Shown one piece after another: positions 39,559-44,110 of a stretch of DNA of 44,110 nt. The notes under the pieces are model-generated. The model worked only from the letters and a program-made list of their open reading frames with translations, was not told the origin of the DNA and did not search any database. The stretch covers positions 1 through 44,110 of the forward strand of contig DBNX01000017.1 of NCBI GenBank assembly GCA_002299465.1. The letters are read 5' to 3'. The DNA comes from Patescibacteria group bacterium UBA661 (GTDB taxonomy: Bacteria > Patescibacteriota > Minisyncoccia > Phycocordibacterales > UBA918). Numbering within the stretch: position 1 is the stretch's first letter; every line of letters begins with the position of its first letter. The position numbers and the translations under genes are program-made.

Positions 39559-39787
39559 AAAAAATAAATCGTCTGTTAATTTTTTGAATTAAACACCGCA
39601 CTGACAAAACCCACTAACAAAAACGCAATGACTTGCGTTTTTGTTAGTTAAAGTTGTGTCGTTTTGCTAATATCGGCATCACAAATCGCGTGATTATTCC
39701 GCTACTCCAAAAAATCTCCCACCCAAAACACAATCGAGACCTTGTGTGTACGTGGCGGGATTATAGCAGAGTCAAAAAAAACCGCAA
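39559..39787 (-). promoter_or_regulatory. rpoBC promoter and long structured 5' leader
   Basis: TTGCGG-16 nt-TATAAT (-10 at 39760-39765, extended TG); ~195-nt leader containing a 16-bp hairpin at 39613-39648. Confidence 0.6.
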
Positions 39788-39816
39788 GTCACCTGCCGTT
39801 AACAAACACCAAGCTC

Positions 39817-40527
39817 TCACTTTTCAATAATCTTACCGGTCGCTTTTGATAACTTTTGCTGCTTAGCACGCCAAGCTTCAATCGCCGCGTGGTTGCCACC
39901 AACCAAAACTTCTGGCACCCGGTACTGCTTTCGTTTATAAACTAGTAGTTCCGGTCTAGTGTACATCTCTCCAGCCGCCGTTCTTTCTTCTTCAAGCGAC
40001 TCTAAAGTACCCAAAACGCCAGGGATGTTGCGAGCCACCGCATCAATAATCGTGAGCGCCGGCAATTCCCCACCCGTTAGCACATAATCACCCACCGACA
40101 CCGCTTCGGCTTGCAAAATATCCTTTACTCGAGAGTCAATACCCTCATACCGCCCAGCCATCAGAACAATGTCAGTATAATTCAGAGCGAGCTCTTTTGC
40201 GTAAGTCTGGTTAAACAAAGTGCCCCGGGGTGACATTAGTAAAATCTTTACTTTTTTAGGATTTTTTCTACCCACGGCTTTAGCTACGGCCTTAAGGATT
40301 GGTAGTGGTTGTAGCACCATACCCGGACCGCCGCCGTAGGGCCGATCGTCTACTCTGTTATGTTTATCAGTGGTGTAGTCTCGCGGATTATAATATGACA
40401 CCGCTAATTTTTTACCACGCACCTTGGCTCCCTTGCCCTTATCGGTTTTTTGAGCACGACCTAAAATACTAGTGTCTGTGTAAACCCTGCACACCTCTGG
40501 AAATAATGTGATGACATGAAAACGCAT
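39817..40527 (-). CDS. trmD: tRNA (guanine-N1)-methyltransferase
   Basis: VDDRPYGGGPGMV, GRYEGID, GDYVLTGGE. Confidence 0.97.
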   Translation of the reverse strand: MRFHVITLFPEVCRVYTDTSILGRAQKTDKGKGAKVRGKKLAVSYYNPRDYTTDKHNRVDDRPYGGGPGMVLQPLPILKAVAKAVGRKNPKKVKILLMSPRGTLFNQTYAKELALNYTDIVLMAGRYEGIDSRVKDILQAEAVSVGDYVLTGGELPALTIIDAVARNIPGVLGTLESLEEERTAAGEMYTRPELLVYKRKQYRVPEVLVGGNHAAIEAWRAKQQKLSKATGKIIEK

Positions 40528-40644
40528 CTGAAAATCCTAGCACACAAATAACAAAACTGGCACCTTTTTTAATCCTCCCCTCAATTTATAATCTAAAACT
40601 TCTGATTCTACTCCGTATTACGACTTTGTTATCTGGCTAAATCA

Positions 40645-40681
40645 AAAAACAAAGCCCCACTTTCGTTGGGGCTTTGTTTTT
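40645..40681 (-). terminator. Intrinsic terminator after khpA
   Basis: AAAAACAAAGCCCCA/TGGGGCTTTGTTTTT. Confidence 0.85.
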
Positions 40682-40699
40682 CTAATAACCCAGTCAGGC

Positions 40700-41053
40700 T
40701 TAGATTTTTAAGTCTTCAATTGCTTCATCTAATGATTTGGGGGTTGTGGCGGGATTGTCTTCGCGCATTGCCTCTGCCATTTCTGCTGACATTCCTCGAC
40801 CGCCTTCTGGCTCGTTAATTTTTAGATTAACACGAGCATCATGCTTCATTCCCACCACCCTAAGTAGAGTACGGATCGCCTTGGCTGTATTTCCTGATCG
40901 GCCGATTATTTTACCCATATCTTCTGCGTGTACATCTAGGGTCAACAATACGCCCATCTCATCTACAGTACGGTTGATTCGAACGCTCTCTGGGTGATCA
41001 ACGAGTGCTTTGACTAAAGACTCGAGAAACTGCTTATCTTCATGCATATCCAT
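40700..41053 (-). CDS. khpA: KH-domain RNA-binding protein
   Basis: LVDHPE, DMGKIIGRSGNTAKAIRTLL; downstream of rpsP. Confidence 0.92.
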   Translation of the reverse strand: MDMHEDKQFLESLVKALVDHPESVRINRTVDEMGVLLTLDVHAEDMGKIIGRSGNTAKAIRTLLRVVGMKHDARVNLKINEPEGGRGMSAEMAEAMREDNPATTPKSLDEAIEDLKI

Positions 41054-41121
41054 ACATCAATTTTCTTATCTAGGCTGTTAAGCAGACTCCACCATCAGGT
41101 TTTGGTGAGTTGCTATTCATT

Positions 41122-41150
41122 ATGATACGAAAGCTCACTCGCCGCGTCAA
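41122..41150 (-). promoter_or_regulatory. sigma70 promoter of khpA
   Basis: TTGACG-17 nt-TATCAT. Confidence 0.7.
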
Positions 41151-41184
41151 CCGCCCCCTGTAGACATAACGGGGGCGGTTGACG
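41145..41184. repeat. 14-bp GC-rich inverted repeat after rpsP
   Basis: CGTCAACCGCCCCC/GGGGGCGGTTGACG. Confidence 0.8.
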
Positions 41185-41200
41185 TGGTCGTTCTTAAAAA

Positions 41201-41497
41201 CTAAGCCGTGACGTCTTTAACGATTGGCTTCTTGCTGGGCAAAACGTTAATTTTTTTGGCGTCAATTATCTTCTTTGAGACAAGCATATTGTGGACAGTG
41301 TCTGAGGCTTTAACACCTTTACTCAACCAATCCTTAGCTTTACTGCCATCGATTTCTACCACTCCAAGTTTAGGATTATAAAAACCAAGCTGGTCTATGT
41401 GTTTGTTACTTTTTGGGCCAGTCCGCTTATCAACCACCACCACTCGGTAAGCTGGTTCATTCTTGCGGCCAACACGCTGTAAACGCATCATTAACAT
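41201..41497 (-). CDS. rpsP: 30S ribosomal protein S16
   Basis: RLQRVGRKNEPAYRVVV, LGFYNP, WLSKG...SDTV. Confidence 0.96.
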   Translation of the reverse strand: MLMMRLQRVGRKNEPAYRVVVVDKRTGPKSNKHIDQLGFYNPKLGVVEIDGSKAKDWLSKGVKASDTVHNMLVSKKIIDAKKINVLPSKKPIVKDVTA

Positions 41498-41642
41498 AAG
41501 TATGCGAAAGATTATCAGAACAACCTTGTTTGGTCAAGCGCCTCTTAATCCCTCACCACCTTTGAGATTATGAATCTTACGTCTTTCACGAATACAGATT
41601 AGAGTAGCATCTACTGTTAGTCCATGCTACACTCAGCCCGAT

Positions 41643-43592
41643 ATGTCAAACACCACCTTAGAGGAATTAGAAGGTCCCATTATGATTCGCGGTAAGGGGA
41701 CTGGCTTCGTCGCTGTTCCCGGACAAACTGAAGATATTTTAATAGAAAGAGACAACCTCGGTTTTGCCCTAGATGGCGATATTGTTCGCATTAAACTCAA
41801 GAAAAAAGTACCGGGTAGAAGACAGGAGGGCGTCGTTACCACTGTTCTAAAAACCGCTTACCGTGAACTCATCGGGACCGTAAAAGAAAAAACGGTAGAA
41901 AATAAAGTCGTCAAATACCTTCAGCCCGACAATAATCGCATTCACATCAAGCCCCTCCTACCCGAAGCAACCGCTACCGACGTCGGATTTAAGGTGGTCG
42001 TAGAAATTACCAAGTGGCACCAACCGCTCCTTGACCCACTCGCTCGCATAACCGAGACCCTGGGACCAGCCGGCGATCACGAGACTGAGATGCAGGCGAT
42101 TATTCGCTCTGGTGGTTTTTCAAAATCTTTTCCAGAAGCTGTTGGACAAGCGGCTCAGACTATCTATGCTGAGAGAGCAAAAATTTTTACTGAAGCTAGC
42201 CAAGACCCAAAACGCCGTGACCTACGTACTGTCCCAACCTGTACCATTGACCCCAAAGACGCCAAAGATTTTGATGATGCGCTTTCTTGTCGCACTCTAC
42301 CTAATGGCAATTATGAAATCGGTATCCATATCGCCGATGTTTCTCACTACGTACGTGAGAATGACGCTATCGACACCGAGGCCAAAGAGCGTGGCACTTC
42401 TGTTTACTTAGTTGACCGAGTTATCCCGATGTTGCCAGAAGTTCTTTCTAACGATCTTTGTTCCCTTCGTCCCAACGAAGACCGCCTCGCCTTTTCCGCT
42501 ATCTTTGAGTTAACTCCCGAAGCTGATTTGGTAAACGCTTGGTACGGACAGACGATAATCAATTCTGATAAACGTTTTTCTTACGAAGAAGCGCAAACGG
42601 TCTTTGCTGACCAGACCGGTCCACTCTTAAACGAGTTGAATATCTTGATGAATCTTGGTCGCCAGCTCAGACGCCATCGTTACGCCAATGGTGCCATTGC
42701 TTTTGATCAGCCCGAAGTTAAATTTGAATTAGACGAACGCGGTGCACCGCTTAGAGCTTACGTCAAAACGAGAACCGAAACAATGTTGATGATTGAAGAT
42801 TTTATGCTTCTCGCCAACCGTGAAGTGGCTCTTCATATTTATAACCTCGCCCGGGCTCGTAATAAAGAACTGGCTTTTGTCTATCGTATTCATGATGTTC
42901 CTAATCCGGAAAAATTAGAGGAGTTGGCTATCTTTTTGCGAGCGATTGGTTATGAATTTGAGGTAAACAAAGGATTGATTAAAGCCACCACCATCAACAA
43001 CCTTCTCAAAGAAATTGCCGGCAAACCGGAGGAAAATCTGATTAAAACCGCCACCATCCGCTCCATGGCCAAAGCCGTCTATTCCACCAAAAACATTGGT
43101 CATTTTGGCTTGGCCTTCAAGTATTACACTCATTTCACTTCTCCCATCAGACGCTATCCCGACCTCATGGCACACCGTCTGTTACGCAAGCATCTTGATA
43201 ATTCGCACATCGGACCAAAGGAGCTGACTAAATACGAACAACTCTCCATCCAATCCTCACAACGTGAAATGGAAGCTGTTAGTGCCGAACGAGACTCTAT
43301 CAAATACAAACAAGTGGAATACCTGATGAATCGAGTCGGGGAAACTTTTACGGGGGTAATTACAGGCGTGGCTGACTGGGGCATTTACGTCCAAGAGGAT
43401 ACCTGCTTAGCTGATGGGATGGTGCGTTTGGCGAGTATCAAAAGTGATTATTTTGAACATGAAGCCAGTAAATACCGCATCAAGGGACAGAAGACTGGCA
43501 AGATTTATTCACTCGGCGATCGGGTCACGGTAAAATTAGTCCGCGCTGATAAGGAAGAACGGCAACTTGATTTTGCTTTAATTGAAAACTAA
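41643..43592 (+). CDS. rnr: Ribonuclease R (RNB family)
   Basis: TIDPKDAKDFDDA, HFTSPIRRYPD, C-terminal S1 domain. Confidence 0.95.
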   Translation: MSNTTLEELEGPIMIRGKGTGFVAVPGQTEDILIERDNLGFALDGDIVRIKLKKKVPGRRQEGVVTTVLKTAYRELIGTVKEKTVENKVVKYLQPDNNRIHIKPLLPEATATDVGFKVVVEITKWHQPLLDPLARITETLGPAGDHETEMQAIIRSGGFSKSFPEAVGQAAQTIYAERAKIFTEASQDPKRRDLRTVPTCTIDPKDAKDFDDALSCRTLPNGNYEIGIHIADVSHYVRENDAIDTEAKERGTSVYLVDRVIPMLPEVLSNDLCSLRPNEDRLAFSAIFELTPEADLVNAWYGQTIINSDKRFSYEEAQTVFADQTGPLLNELNILMNLGRQLRRHRYANGAIAFDQPEVKFELDERGAPLRAYVKTRTETMLMIEDFMLLANREVALHIYNLARARNKELAFVYRIHDVPNPEKLEELAIFLRAIGYEFEVNKGLIKATTINNLLKEIAGKPEENLIKTATIRSMAKAVYSTKNIGHFGLAFKYYTHFTSPIRRYPDLMAHRLLRKHLDNSHIGPKELTKYEQLSIQSSQREMEAVSAERDSIKYKQVEYLMNRVGETFTGVITGVADWGIYVQEDTCLADGMVRLASIKSDYFEHEASKYRIKGQKTGKIYSLGDRVTVKLVRADKEERQLDFALIEN

Positions 43593-43596
43593 CCAG

Positions 43597-43640
43597 TTCG
43601 CCCCGCCCATCCCGCCCGGAGGCGGGATGGGCGGGGCGAA
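43597..43640. repeat. Perfect 20-bp GC-rich hairpin immediately after rnr
   Basis: TTCGCCCCGCCCATCCCGCC-CGGA-GGCGGGATGGGCGGGGCGAA. Confidence 0.88.
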
Positions 43641-43661
43641 ACCGCAATGTTTTTCCTAAGA

Positions 43662-43687
43662 AAAAAGTCCGCGCTTGCGGACTTTTT
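43662..43687. terminator. Bidirectional terminator
   Basis: AAAAAGTCCGC-GCTT-GCGGACTTTTT. Confidence 0.85.
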
Positions 43688-43704
43688 GTTTGAGTGAGAA
43701 CTAG

Positions 43705-44109
43705 TTAGGCTGCTTTCTTGCGTAGCAAACTACAATCAAAAGAACACCTGATACCCAAAAGATTTTCGAAGGTGTTTTGCATAAAGAATAGTATGTGGTG
43801 TTCTTGATATTCTTCAGCGTAAATACCACACTGTAACCAAAAATGGACTCTTGGCTCTGGCCCGTCGGTAACCTGAAAATCTACCTCCCTGATTTTTAGA
43901 TCATCACGCTGCCTTAGCAACTGTTGTGCCAACAACAGTTGCTTGCGCGACGCCGTCGTCAACAACTGCACGTCCGCTCGCAGTGACCCCAGCGTCGTGC
44001 GCGAACAAACTATGGTGTTACTCTTCTCCATTTGGACTCCTGGGTAGTTGAGGCCGGTCAAACCGCCGGCATCAATAGTATTAACGCAAGGCACTAGAGT
44101 AGCAAATCT
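43705..44109 (-). CDS. Hypothetical protein, possibly 5'-truncated by the window edge
   Basis: Frame stays open to the window end; stop codon lies just before a terminator; no recognisable motif. Confidence 0.55.
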   Translation of the reverse strand, partial: RFATLVPCVNTIDAGGLTGLNYPGVQMEKSNTIVCSRTTLGSLRADVQLLTTASRKQLLLAQQLLRQRDDLKIREVDFQVTDGPEPRVHFWLQCGIYAEEYQEHHILFFMQNTFENLLGIRCSFDCSLLRKKAA

Positions 44110-44110
44110 T

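Overview
A 44 kb window of a streamlined bacterial chromosome, most consistent with Patescibacteria/CPR (Parcubacteria-like). This placement is an inference from the short ATP synthase delta/epsilon subunits, the compact RpoB/RpoC, the rpsP-khpA-trmD block without rimM, the class I aldolase and the general lack of Shine-Dalgarno motifs. Standard genetic code; no complete rRNA or tRNA gene, CRISPR array or transposase was recognised. Left to right: a highly structured ~140-nt non-coding element (38-175); accessory genes (orphan receiver domain, GRDP/DUF1399-like protein, OFA-type MFS, HxlR regulator-nitroreductase-DUF305 module); mutM and ung; a three-gene flavinylation electron-transfer module (RnfD/NqrB-like-FNR fusion, FMN-binding protein, ApbE) abutting the F1Fo ATP synthase operon, which carries an inserted unknown gene; then housekeeping genes (rpmG, class I aldolase, prmC, hisS, uppP, DsbA, UvrD-nuclease fusion, nhaD, NUDIX, rpoD, dnaG, rpoC, rpoB, trmD, khpA, rpsP, rnr). 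The most interesting signals are non-coding: the multi-stem element with tRNA-like ends; an orphan consensus promoter firing into a perfect 30-bp palindrome antisense to rpoC; an inverted repeat caging a promoter and start codon; unusually long perfect palindromes; and widespread leaderless-type promoter placement. All protein calls come from motif recognition, not database searches.
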